Source: Vicugna vicugna (taxonomy: Eukaryota). Taken from it: DNA of 64,000 nt. Below the pieces are notes generated by a model. It was not told where the DNA came from. It did not search any database and worked only from the letters and a program-made list of their open reading frames with translations. This document shows, in pieces, positions 12,789-24,805 of the stretch. Made by a program: the position numbers and the translations under genes. The first letter of the stretch is position 1, and each line of letters opens with the position of its first letter. The stretch spans positions 1 to 64,000 of the forward strand of contig MU058365.1 in NCBI GenBank assembly GCA_013265495.1, read 5' to 3'.

Positions 12789-13448
12789 CTGCAGAGGAGA
12801 GACTTTATACTCAGCGAAAAATTAGAATAGATGTTTATGGTAGATTGTAATTTTGAAATTTCCAAAAATAAAGATATGTTGAAAAAAACAAAGCAAACAC
12901 CAGTAAACCCACAACTATTATTTAATGTTTAGCTATATTTATTTAAAGTTTTTTTTTTTAAAGTAAGCATTGCAAATCCAAGTTGAAGGTCCCCTACGTA
13001 GTCATCCTTAATGCTATGCCTGTCCCTTCCCTGCCATTGAAGCTACTAACCTGAATTTGGTATTTATCTTTTCCAGCTAAGCCTTATATTTGGGTGGGAT
13101 AATTCTGCATTTTTCGTTTGCTCCTTAATAAAATAACATTCATTTAGTCTAGAGTGTGGGATGAAAGGAATCATGTCATCAGTCTCTAAGTATAAGCCCT
13201 TCTGGGGAACACTTGAGATTACTTTTTTCTCCTGCTCCTTCAGATGTTTTGTTTGTAATCTCTACATCTAAATTATAAATTTATTTTTTAATATTATACT
13301 TATGATGATGATCTTTTTACTGATGCCATAATCAATTCTGCCCATAAGGCCATCATTGTCTTGCTTCCAAAAATACTTTTTAGACTTTCAAAATGCAACC
13401 ATTTCAATCCTCCTGCTACAGGCGTTGTGAAGCACAAATAACACAAGG

Positions 13449-14242
13449 AAGTGCACAGGGCATGTTCCCCAGCTTAGATCACATGGAGGTCAAAGATCTG
13501 TCTCAGCAAATTTAAGAGGATAGAAATTACATCAAGTATCTTTTCTAACAACAATGGTATCAAACTAAAAGTCAACTACAGAAAGAAAAATGGGAAAAGA
13601 ACATACATATGGAGACTAAGCAACATATTACTAAAAAACCAGTGGGCCAATGAAGAAATCAAAGAGGAAATCAAAAAATACTTAAAGACAAATGAAAATG
13701 GAAACACAACCCTCTAAAATCTATGGGATTAAGCAGAAGCGGTTCTAAGAGGGAAGTTTATAGCATACAGAAAGGAATTCCTCAAGAAACAAGAAAAACC
13801 TCAAACAACCGAACACCTGAAGAAATTAGAAAAAGAAGAACAAATAAAGCCCAAAGTCAACAGAAGGAAGGAAATGATAAAGATCAGAGGAGAAATAAAA
13901 TAGAGATTAAAAAAAGAGAAAAGATGAATGAAACCAAGAAATGGGTTTTTTTTTAAGATAAACAAAATTGATAAGCCTTTAGCCAGACTCACCAGGAAGA
14001 AAAGAGAGAACCTCAAAAAATTAAAAAATGAAAGAAGAGAAATAACAACAGATACTGCAGAGATACAAAAAGTCATGAGAATTCTATGAACAATTATATA
14101 ACAACAAATTGGACAACCTATAAGAAATGGACAAATTTCTAGAAAGATACAAACTGCCAAGGCTGAATCGAGAAGAAACAAACAATTTGAACAGACCAGT
14201 CACTAGTAGTGAAATTTAATTTGTAATTTAAAAAACTCCCAG
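13449..14242 (+). mobile_element. LINE-1 ORF2 (endonuclease to linker), 5' half of an interrupted element
   Basis: ORF2 similarity (aacacaaccctctaaaatctatgggat...agagggaagtttatagc; gaaatggacaaatttctagaaagatac). Breaks at aaaaaactcccag. Confidence 0.9.
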
Positions 14243-15368
14243 CACTTTGGTCAATGGTGCTCCTTCATGCTGTCCAGTGTGTTGTTTTCACCTGAGTCCA
14301 CTAGTCTTTGAAAACTTCCTTCCTTTTTGACACACCAAAATGACCTGGCTGACTTATGCATTTTCTGTCCCAGAATTGGTTCCTTTCAATGGGAAATAGT
14401 ATCTAGAGACCACCATGTAGGCATTAAGAATGGTCATTGCTACAGAGCTGCCTTTGCTTCTAAGAAGGACTAGTAATTTTTTTTCTTTTTTCTAATTGAA
14501 TATATTTGACCTATAACGTGTTAATTTAAGATGTAAAACGTGTTACTTTGATACATTTATATCTTGTAATATGGTTGCCATTGTATCAGTATTGATCACA
14601 TAACATAATCACAGTAAAATATTGTTGTCCATAGTCATTCTACTGCACATTAGATCACTATGGCTTATTTACTACTCACTGTAGGTCTGTACCTTTAAAC
14701 ATCATCAATTTTATCTCCCCATTCGTAATTTTTTAAAACCATCACTTACTACTGAAATTTTCAATTCACAGTGCAGGGATTTTGCTTATCCCCTTTGATT
14801 TAAACACCTGTATTTCTTTTCCCTTTTCCCTGAAAATATTGGCTCAAAATTACTCATTTACTTTATGCTACAAAATATGTAAAATAACCACAAAGTAGTA
14901 TTACCAGTATCACTACAAACAATAAAATTGCTGAATGGAGTTTAACACTGTGTTACAGCTCTATTTCTCCCTACAAAATATTCCACTATGGATGATGGGT
15001 TAAATAATATCTTCTAACATTACTTAAAATTATTCTTTTCTCTATGTGATTATGTCACCAAATTGATACAGAGTAGACACACTCATTTCCCTGTATCTTA
15101 ACATCTTAATTGTATTTTTTTTTGCATCTGCAAAATATTGACATAATTCAGAGAAATCTCATATTCATCTTGTCCTCTCTGTCCTGTCTTTTAGGTAATG
15201 ATATGTCTTTATTTTTGGTTTCTCTCTCCAGTGTTGCTTTTGGAAAATATAAATGAATAGGTAAATATATTTATAATGCCTCTCTATGAAAAAGGTCTGT
15301 ATTCTACATTTTGCTTTTTTCTCCCCATGTATAAAGTTCTTTCTCATTTCCCTTTAAAAAAAAAAAAA
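14243..15368 (+). other. Poly(A)-tailed, TSD-flanked retro-insertion of non-coding sequence (contains antisense old L1M and a nested antisense L1 3' end at about 14477-14725)
   Basis: TTT|AAAA target. TSD aaaaaactcccag (14230-14242) / aaacaactcccag (15366-15378). TATAAA at 15330-15335; A13 at 15356-15368. Confidence 0.7.
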
Positions 15369-16315
15369 CAACTCCCAGAAAACAGAAGTACAGGACTGGA
15401 CAGCTTCACAGGGAAATTCTACCAAAATTATAAAGAAGAATTAATACCTATCATTCTCAAACTATTTCAAAAATTTGAAGAGGACAGACACTCCCAAATC
15501 TATTCTAGAAGACCATCATTACTCTGATACCAAAACTAGACAAAGACATCACACACACACAAAAAGGAAGGAAGGAAGGAAGGAAGGAAGGAAGGAAGGA
15601 AGGAAGGAAGGAAGGAGAGAAAGAGAGAAAGAGAAAGAGAGAAAGAGAAAGAAAAGAAAAAGAAAATTACAGGCCAACAGCTTTGATGAATATAGATGAA
15701 AAAAATCTCAACAAAATATTAGCAAACCAAATTGAACAAGATATAAAAAGGATCATAACCAAGTGAGACTGATTCCAGAGATTCAAGGATGGTCAACATT
15801 AATAAATAAATCAATGTGATACACCATGTTAACAAAGGGATAAAAATTATATGATTTTCTCAATAGATGCAGAAAAAACATTTGACAAAATACAGCCTCC
15901 ACTGATTATAAAAACTCTCATCAAAGTGAATATACAGGGAATATATCTCAACATAATAAAGTCCACTTATGACAAATCCACAGCTAACATCATACTCAAT
16001 GGTGAAAAGCTGAAAGCCTTTACTCTGAATTCAGGAATAAGACAAGGATGCCCACTCTCACCACTTCTATTTAACACAGAATTGAAAGTCCTAGCCACAA
16101 TAATCAGACATGAATAAGAAATAAAAGGCATCCAAATTGGAAGAGAAGTAAAACTGTCACTATTTGCAGATGACATGATACTTTATACAGAAAACCCTAA
16201 AGTCTTCACTCAAAAACTATCAGAATAAATGAATTCAGCAAAGTTGCAGGATACAAGATTAATATACAGAAATTTGTTGTTTTCTATATACTAACAAACT
16301 ATCAGAAAGAAAATT
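15366..16315 (+). mobile_element. LINE-1 ORF2 (RT domain), 3' half of the element starting at 13449
   Basis: Resumes exactly where the 5' half stops. GLDSFTGKFYQ...; [26 protein letters not shown]; tatttgcagatgacatg (FADD motif). Confidence 0.92.
15550..15668 (+). repeat. Compound microsatellite (CA)n-(GGAA)~12-(GAAAGA/GAAAA)n inside L1
   Basis: Directly visible; GGAA array at 15566-15613. Confidence 0.95.
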
Positions 16316-17793
16316 TTCTTCAGTCTTTGGATTTACTATCAATTTCTGACTTATTCTATAAGAAAATGGCTAAATTTTAATTCCTTGCACTTCAGAAAGA
16401 AGGGTAGAAATAACAAGTATAAATATTTTTGGCTTGCCAGTATTTCAATTTTCTGTGAAAGGATAAAAAAATCACTATATAATAATTGTAGCAGGTTTCA
16501 AAATATCACTCTCAGATTGCAGAATTCCCTATTGGTTGCATTTTGGTTACCTGTAAGAAAGCCAAAAACTGAAAGCAGCATGGAGATTAAATATGAGGAA
16601 ATATTTCCTCTTTTTCTGATAAAATGAAGACTATAGTTTCTTGTCTACAAATACAAGGAAAATACTCTAAAACCCAATTAAAAAGTTAAGGATAATAAAA
16701 ATAAAGTTTCTTCATAAGTAACAGGAGAAGACATAACCTTGAGTAAGGGTAGCACATTAAGGAGAAAGAAAAAATCTGGTTTCTTTTGAATTTCGTATCT
16801 TTCAAGTGCTTTCCAACTTTGAGAAAATGAAGCTTGAACACCTGAACTATGGGACTGTGCGTAATGGCTTTTAAAGTGTATTTAAAAATTAAAAATATAC
16901 ATTTAAATTAGTTTACTAGAGATATATAAAATTATTTTAATCATCTTCCTCATATACAATAAATTATTTTTTCCAATAAAAATAGAAAAAGAACAAAAAA
17001 TAAAATTTCTTCAAGTTAATCAAGATCATATAAATTTTATCTATATAAAATTATCTCTCTATACAAACACAATAAAATTTTTATCCTTGGAGAAGAAATT
17101 CTACAGAACATTATACAAACTACAAATAAACCTACTACTGAATGAATAGAATTGAGTGCTTCCTCAGGGCAAAAACAAAACTTGAAGCAAAATAAAATTT
17201 CATATTCATAATACATTTAAATCACAAACCATAGTGTTCATCATGTAGTCAGTTTAACAAAATGTAACACTCAAACAATAGAAAAACAAGAACTATTTAT
17301 CCATTGAAAAAATGTAAAGTCGTATATACTCCAAGGAGTCATTCTCTTCAGATGAGGTATTTGTAAAATATCTCTCATTAATGACAGCGCAGATGTGCTG
17401 ACATCTTCAGGATGTCTAAGATTTAAACTCGCTGCATCCCATCTTGGGGGTCTCTTCTTTGATGAGCTGCATATTCCCCCTTTTCATATTATCCATGTTG
17501 TTAGATTAGAACTAACATAGACTTATTACAGTACCTTTCAAATAAGGTACTAAATATAGTTCTTTGTTCAGTCAACTGTGATTGTCCATGAAAATTACAG
17601 GAGTGTTTAAAAACAAGATGGATAGAAGTCTATGAAATTATGTTCTGGGACTTAAGCTTTTATTTTATATAGGTATTCATAAGATAACTTATACTTGGAG
17701 AATTGATTGTAATTTTAGCTAAATGAACTTTGTTTTGCCATAAAGATCTCAAAATGGCAACACATAAAACACTGGGATTTACAAGTATAGTAC

Positions 17794-18135
17794 ATCAGTC
17801 CCCCCTTATCTATGTGGGATATGTCCCAAGATCCCCCCCTCCAATGGATGCCTGAAACCACAAACAGTACCAAACCTTAGGTATACTTTGTTTTTTCTTA
17901 TACATATCTATGATAAAGTTTAATTTATAAATTAGGCACAGTAAGAGATTAACAAGCAATAAGAAAATAGAGCAATTATAACAATACACTATAATAAAAG
18001 TTATGTGAATGTGATCTCTCTCTGTCTCAAAATTTAATGCCTCTTCCATATTAACTAAGCACTGTATCAAGCACTGTGGTCCTAAACGTTTCTGGTTTGA
18101 GATGCAATAGCAGAACTAGCATGAATATCTTTCCC
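17794..18135. mobile_element. MER44/Tigger7-like DNA transposon fragment
   Basis: cagtccccccttatc terminus; ggatgcctgaaacc; tatgataaagtttaatttataaattaggcacagtaagagattaac. Confidence 0.75.
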
Positions 18136-19143
18136 TCAGAAAGCAAAACTGGAGATATGAGGGGCTACTATCTATGTTGTGCCTGTCCATCTTGAAACAA
18201 GGAAAAAGAACTGCTCCTATAAGAGCCTAGCAAAGAAAGATCAAAGTAAACTTACGGGACCCAACCATCAGCTGAGACCGAGAGAGGAAACTCTCTGTCT
18301 CCCTTTTTTACACATTCTTCAATTTAAACCCTACTTTCTTTCATAAGGTTCTTTTCCCAACTTTCCTTTTTCTTTCCTAGCTGCCTGCTGCTAGACAAAC
18401 CGATGCTCATACAAAGAGCATGTGTTTTGTAACATATAATATACAGTTACTTGGTTACTGAACTACTTGGTAGAAAATGTTTCTCAATTTATCATCCTAC
18501 GTTAATTTATCAATCTAAAAGATATGTGCAGTCCCTCAGACCTTCTATTTTCACATTTTAATTAGCTAAGTAGAGAGAAGGTCTACTGTTTTTAGAAATA
18601 ACCAGTTTATGAGTTAAGTACATCAAATTCATGACAGGTTACGTCTTACGTGGGGACTAAACAACATGCTACTAAAAAACCAGTAAGCCAAAGAGGAGAC
18701 AGAAATGAGACAAAGAAGGGGTGAAGAGACGATAAAAGGGTACTTTAGCTTTATCTATTCATGTTTCACTACTTTTATATAAAATATTTAAATTTTGAAA
18801 TTTCTGAAAATAAAAATTTAATTTAGAAAAACTATAGGAACTAAAATACACTCATTACAGCCAGCCAATCTCTTTAATATAGGCTGTATAGAAAACAGCA
18901 ATGCTCAGAGTTTTCAATGAAAAGTCAGTTACTTTCTCCTCCACACATTTAAAAGTCCCAAGGCTCTCTAAAGTAGTCCAAACAAGGTTCTAATTTCTCA
19001 AGAGACCCACGTCAGTACATATTATTATTGTTAACTGGTATCTCTGAGGTCCAGAATCCATTTCTACCTGAGTAATGACATCTTCATAAAGACATCTTAT
19101 GGCGTGAACATTTTGGCAAAATTCATCTTTTTTTAAATATATA

Positions 19144-19276
19144 TTTTTTTATTTATTTGTTTGGGTGGAGGTGATTAGGTTTGTTTGTTTGTTTGTTTAT
19201 TTATTTGATGGAAGTACTGGGGATTGAACCCAGGGCCTCATGCACACACACTACCACTGAGCTATACCCTCCCCCC
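19144..19276 (-). mobile_element. Camelid tRNA-derived SINE
   Basis: gtactggggattgaacccagggcctca...ctaccactgagctataccctccccc; short flanking repeat aatatata. Confidence 0.88.
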
Positions 19277-19426
19277 ATAATATATACTCTCAAACATGAA
19301 ATATTATTTTCATCTGGGAAGATTTCTATACCTATTAGAATCTTGATAGAACTCTCAAAGCTACACGAATATAATCCGTCATAAAATTATAAAGTATAAA
19401 ACATTAATCTATTCATTCTTCAGTAG

Positions 19427-19904
19427 TGAGAGGCTGAGTATACAAATAGACAAATAGACAATGACCAGACCACCATACACAACTCTGATCCATAATCCTT
19501 TCAACAACTAGCTTGGAAAGTCAAATCATAATCTCTGCAGCAATCAGCCCAAAAGAGTTAGGATTTGGTCAAGAGTGCCAGCTTCCTTTTTTTTTTTTTT
19601 TTTTTTGCCTGCAGCCCACCCATCACCTCCATATGATTTCAACTCAGCACCATATCAGAGAAAGACAAATATGCTCCCCAAACCAATCACCTAAGATGCT
19701 TAGCTTCTAGCTAGCCCACTTCACTTTCACCATACCAACAATCTCCAATCAGAGCACATCTAAAATCTCCTCTTTTTTTCACCATAAAATTTGCCCACTC
19801 CCATGTGAAACTCTCAAATACAAGGTAATGGTGGTAACCTTGTTATAGCAAGCTCTGAATACACAGCCTGTTTGTTCTCATTTTGGGTGGTCCTTATTTC
19901 CACA
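19427..19904 (+). mobile_element. Old solo LTR (MER68/MER77-like; family uncertain)
   Basis: TG...CA ends with 4-bp TSD gtag (19423-19426 / 19905-19908); repeated CCAATC boxes, TATA-like cataaaa. Confidence 0.65.
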
Positions 19905-20711
19905 GTAGTGCAAAAATCATGCAAAAAGAAAACTAACACTATGAGCATTTTATTCTAATCGAAAGAAGATCAGCTGTTTATACCTTAGCTATTGTTCTGT
20001 TTGCCTGTCAGCTCACCAATTTACCTCTTTTGATAAATGGTTTTCCATCACTTCAAAGACAAATCTTGTATTCTACTTCAATATGTGATATTTCAGACTC
20101 AAATTGGTATAGTTCCTTTCTTGAGAACTGTGATCATTTGAAAACAATAACTAAAAAAAAGAGTGCGCTATATTTTAGAAAAACAATAATGCCGATAGTA
20201 CAAATTAGACCAATTAAATAGTGCAGTAAATTAATCTGCTGTAAATCTGTGAATATACCTACAGAAAATGTCAGAGGGTTATTCCTAAATTTTGTTGATA
20301 ATGAAGTGATTAATCAGACCAACCTAGAGTTAGGAAAATTTATCTGTAGTAAATAGAAGTTGTTTTAGATAAAATGTGAGTTTAGACCTATGATGGCATA
20401 ACTAATGTGAATGGAAAATTTAATAACTTTATAAGAAAGGTTAAGAATGAGAAATAAAAAGCATATATTTTCAAACACATCTTTTGGAATTGGTAATAAC
20501 AAAGTTTCTAAAGGAAGTAAAAAAAATTCCAAAATGTTCTCAATTCTTTGTGTGACATCATACATGTGGGAAAAACTTTCAAAATATTTGTTAGAGGAAC
20601 AAAGTATAATATGTAGGAAGTAGTGTTTATAGTAAGCACAGTTTATGAAGTTTTACCGTAAATTATTTGCTTTGATAGAGGAGTTCCCACAGATTATTCA
20701 AACAACAGACA

Positions 20712-20843
20712 TTTCTGTTTGTTTGTTTGTTTGAGGGGGGAGGTAGGTTTGTTTGTTTGTTTACTTAATGGAGGTACTGGGAATTGAACCCAGGGCCTTG
20801 TGCATGCTAAGCATGTGCTCTACCTCTGAGCTATACTCTCCCC
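20712..20843 (-). mobile_element. Camelid tRNA-derived SINE
   Basis: ggaggtactgggaattgaacccagggccttgtgcatgctaagcatgtgctctacctctgagctatac with (GTTT)n tails. Confidence 0.88.
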
Positions 20844-21687
20844 GCTAAATAATGTAAGTTTTATTCAGTTGATTTTTTTTAAACAAGTGGCCAGAGAATT
20901 GAATGATTTACTGACTCTAATTTTTTATTTCTCTTTTTTTAACATCTATTATGAATTATTCCAGGAAGTTTTGCTAAATAGCTTCAGAGTAGATCTCTAG
21001 TCATTCACCTATACAGTTTACAATTTGAATTTAAGGTCATTATTTTGTGAAAATATTCCTGTATTATTAAAAAATAAGCCCCTTTGGAAATAGGTTCATC
21101 TGAAATTCCTTTCCTAAATCTGAGTGTAAAGTCATCTCAATAAACATTTCTATTAAACATTTCTAACAAAATTCCCTGCCCTATCTGACAAATCCATTTG
21201 TTTCAATTGCATAGTGTAATCTAAGTGCTGAATACTGCTGATCAAAAGACTACAGCCTCAATATTGGGATAGGAGTAGCCTCAGTCAGGAGACAAAAGAT
21301 TGATTCATGGTTCACATTTGAAAGGAGTTTTAAAGCTATTCCAGAAAAAAATGATCTCTATATTATATGCAGTGGTATACCATTTTAAAGAATTAACCCC
21401 GTTTAGTTGAAAATCTTGGACCATGACCTGAATTACAGAGAAATAAATCTGTAAAAGTAAATGTAGTTGCTAGGTTGCTATATGCTACTATTGATTCCTT
21501 CCTGATAATACTAATTAATGATGACTATCAGATCACACCCAGATACATACTATATGAGAAAATTATAGCAAATTTGGATTTGGTCACACAACTCTAAATG
21601 ACTGGCTACACCAACACTGGGCATTCATACATAGGCAAAGCCTATTATAATGGGCAAAGTGTACACACCACTCCTTGAATGCACTTA

Positions 21688-21851
21688 TAGTCTACCCTCT
21701 CTATCTGCAGTTTCTCCATATCCGAGGTTTCACATCTGAAGACTCAACCAACTGCAGATCGTGTACTACTGTACTATACTATTTACTGTTGAAAAAACTG
21801 TGTATAAGTGGACCTATGCAGTTCAAACAGATGTTGTCCAATAGTCAACTG
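21688..21851. mobile_element. Tigger2-type MITE (MER8/Tigger2a-like)
   Basis: Degenerate TIRs tagtctaccct / atagtcaactg, TA on both sides; internal tataagtggacctatgcagttcaaac. Confidence 0.7.
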
Positions 21852-21853
21852 TA

Positions 21854-24805
21854 CAGGCATACCTTGGACAGATATTGTTTTCAGCTTCTGACCACTACAA
21901 TACAATAAATATCACAATAAAGTGAGTCATGAATCTTTTGGTTTCCAAGGGCATATGAAAGTTAGTTTACACTATACTGTACAGTCTATTAAGCATACAA
22001 TAGCATTATGTAATAATAATAATAATAATAAAAATGTACATACCTAAATTTAAAAATACTCTATTGCTAAAAAATGCTAACCATCATCTGAACCTTCAGC
22101 AAGCTATAATCTTTTTGCTCATGGAGGGTCTTGCCTCAATGTTGATGGTCACTGACTGATCAAGGTGGTGGTGGTTGCTGAAGGCTGGGGTGGCTGTGGC
22201 AATTTCTTAAAATGAGACAACAGTAAAGTCTGCTGCATTGATTAACTCTTCCTTTCATGAATGATTCTTCTGTAGCAGGCAATGCTGTTTGATAGCATTT
22301 TACCTACAGTAGAACTTCTTTCAAATTTGGAGTTAATCTTCTCAAACCCTGAGGATTTATCAACTGCTTTATCAGCTAAGTTTATGTAATATTCTAAATT
22401 CTTTGTAGTCATTTCAACAATCTTCACATCTTCACCAGAAGTAAATCCCATCTCAAGAAACCACTTTACTCATCCATAAGAAGCAACTCCTCATTCATTA
22501 AAGTTTTATCATGAGATTTCAGCAATTCAGTCACATCTTCAGGTTCTACTACTATTTCTCTTGCTATTTCCACCACATCTGCAGTTACTTCCTTCACTAA
22601 GTCTTAAGCTTCTCAAAGTCATCTACAAGGGCTGGAATCAAGTTTTTTCAAAATCCTGTTAATGCCGATATTTTGACCTCTTCCATGAGTCAGGGATGTT
22701 CTTAATGATGTAACAGAGAAGAACAAATCTGACTCCATACTGGATCTTTTCCTTTAGCTCTAACTTTGTGCTCTATTGCTTGGCTTAGTTATGCTGGCTC
22801 TGCACCTTTGGAACGGAATGTTGCCTATAGTCTGAAATATACATAACAAACCTTTCTCAAGGCTCTGCCTCTCAGGCTTGACCTTTAAAGGTATAACACT
22901 TTTCATACAGAAATTTTTTAAAAGTTGTAGAACAAAGAATAACATTTGTCTTGTTGGAGGTTTACAGGAACATTCTGATCAGGTGACTAGACCTATGTGG
23001 ACAGTTGCAGAAACAAAGGATTATAACATCCCCTCCAGGTCTGGCTGGCACCAAGAAGTTTGCAACAACCAGTCACACTGTCTCCCCTTTTAGTATAAAG
23101 GAAGCCTGAATTCTAACTCGGTAAGATGATTCTTTGGGACACTAGTCTGCCACCTTCTCTCCCTGCTGGATTTCCGAATAAAGTCACTATTCCTTGCCCC
23201 AACACCTTGACTTTGGATTTATTGTCCTATTATTCAATGAACAGTACAAACTCGGTCTCAGTAACAATGGCATCTAGAATGGTGAAGCCTTTCCAGAAGG
23301 TTTTCAATTTACTTTGCTCAGATCCATCAGAGGAATCACTATCTATGACAGCTATAGCCTTGTAAAATGTATTTCTTAAATAGGAAGACTTGAAAGTCAA
23401 TATTACTCTTTGATCCATGGGCTGCAGAATGGATGTGTGTTAGCAGACATGAAAGCAACATTAATCTTGTACATATCCATTAGAGCTCTTGGGTGACCAG
23501 GTGCATTGTGAATGAGCAGTAATATTTTGAAAGGAATCTCTTTTTCTGAGCAGTAGGTCCCAACAGTGGGCTTAAAATATTCAGTAACCCATGTAGTAAA
23601 CAGAGGTGCTGTCATCCAGTCTTTGTTGTTCCATTTATATAGAGCAAAGGCAGAATAGATTCAGTTTAATTCTTAGGGGTCCTAGGATTTTCAGAATGGT
23701 CAATGAGCATTGGTTTCAATTCAACTGCAAGTCACCAGCTGCACTGGCCCCTAACAAGAGAGTCAGCTGGTCCTCTGAGGCTTTGAAGCCAGGCATTAGC
23801 TTTTCCTCTCTAGTATGAAAGTCCTAGATGGCATCTTCTTCCAATAGAAGGCTGTTTTGTGAAAGAAAAATCTGTTTAGTGTAGTCACCTTCATTAATTA
23901 TCTTAGGTAGATCTTCTGGATAACTTGTTGCAGCTTCTCTATCAGCATGTGATACTTCATCTTGCATTTTATGTTATGGAGATGGCTTCTTGACTTTAAG
24001 CTCATGAACCAGTCTCTGCTAGCTTCAAACTTTTCTTCTGTAGCTTTCTGACCTCTCTTAGCCTTCACAGAATTGAACAGAGTTAGGGCCTTGCTCTGCA
24101 TTAGGCTTTGATTTAAGGGAATGTTGTGGCTGGTCTGATCTTCTGTGCAAACCACTAAAGCTTTCTCCATATCAGCAATAAGGCTGTTTCCCTTTCTTAT
24201 CACTCATATGTTCATTGAAGCAGCACTTTTAATTTCCTTCCAGAACTTTTCCTATGCATTCACGACCTGACTAGCTGGTGCAAGAGGTCTAGCTTTTGGC
24301 CTACATCAGCTTTTGACATCCACTCCTCACTAAGCTTAGTCATTTCTAGCTTTCGATTTAAAGTGAGAAACGTTCAACTCTTCCTTTCACTTGAACACCT
24401 AGAGGCCACTGTAGGGTCAGTAATTTGGCCTAATTTCAATATTGTCTCAGGGAACAGGGAGGCCTGTGAAGAGGGAGAGAGGTGGGGGAACGGCCTGCTG
24501 GTGGAGGAGTCAGAACACACATATCTATCACTTAAGTTCGCCGTTCGGCGCAGTGCATGGCATCCTGAAACAATTACAACAGTAACATCAAACATCACTG
24601 ATCACAGGTCACCATAACAAATATAATAACAAAAGTTTGAAGCATTGTAAGAATTACAAAAATGTGCCACAGAGACAGCAAGTGCTATTGGAAAAATAGT
24701 GCTGATAGACTTGCACAATGCATGGTTGCCACAAACCTTCAATTTGTAAAAAACACAACATCTGCGAAGCACAATAAAGCCAAGCACAGAAAAATGCTAT
24801 GCCTG
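21854..24805 (-). mobile_element. Near-full-length Tigger1 DNA transposon (dead transposase), interrupted by a solo LTR
   Basis: TIRs caggcatacc... / ...gctatgcctg. Minus-strand transposase fragments ([10 protein letters not shown]...[48 protein letters not shown]) are broken by frameshifts. About 2.4 kb after removing the LTR. Confidence 0.93.
22709..23266 (+). mobile_element. Solo ERV1-class LTR (558 bp) inserted in Tigger1
   Basis: tgtaac...gtaaca termini; 4-bp TSD atga/atgg; TATA (tataaa ~23094) and AATAAA (23177-23182); Tigger1 sequence is continuous across it. Confidence 0.88.

Noticed and set aside
22242..24203. Transposase-like ORFs as a possible domesticated TIGD-type gene
   Set aside because: Split across frames with stops and interrupted by an LTR; a dead Tigger1.
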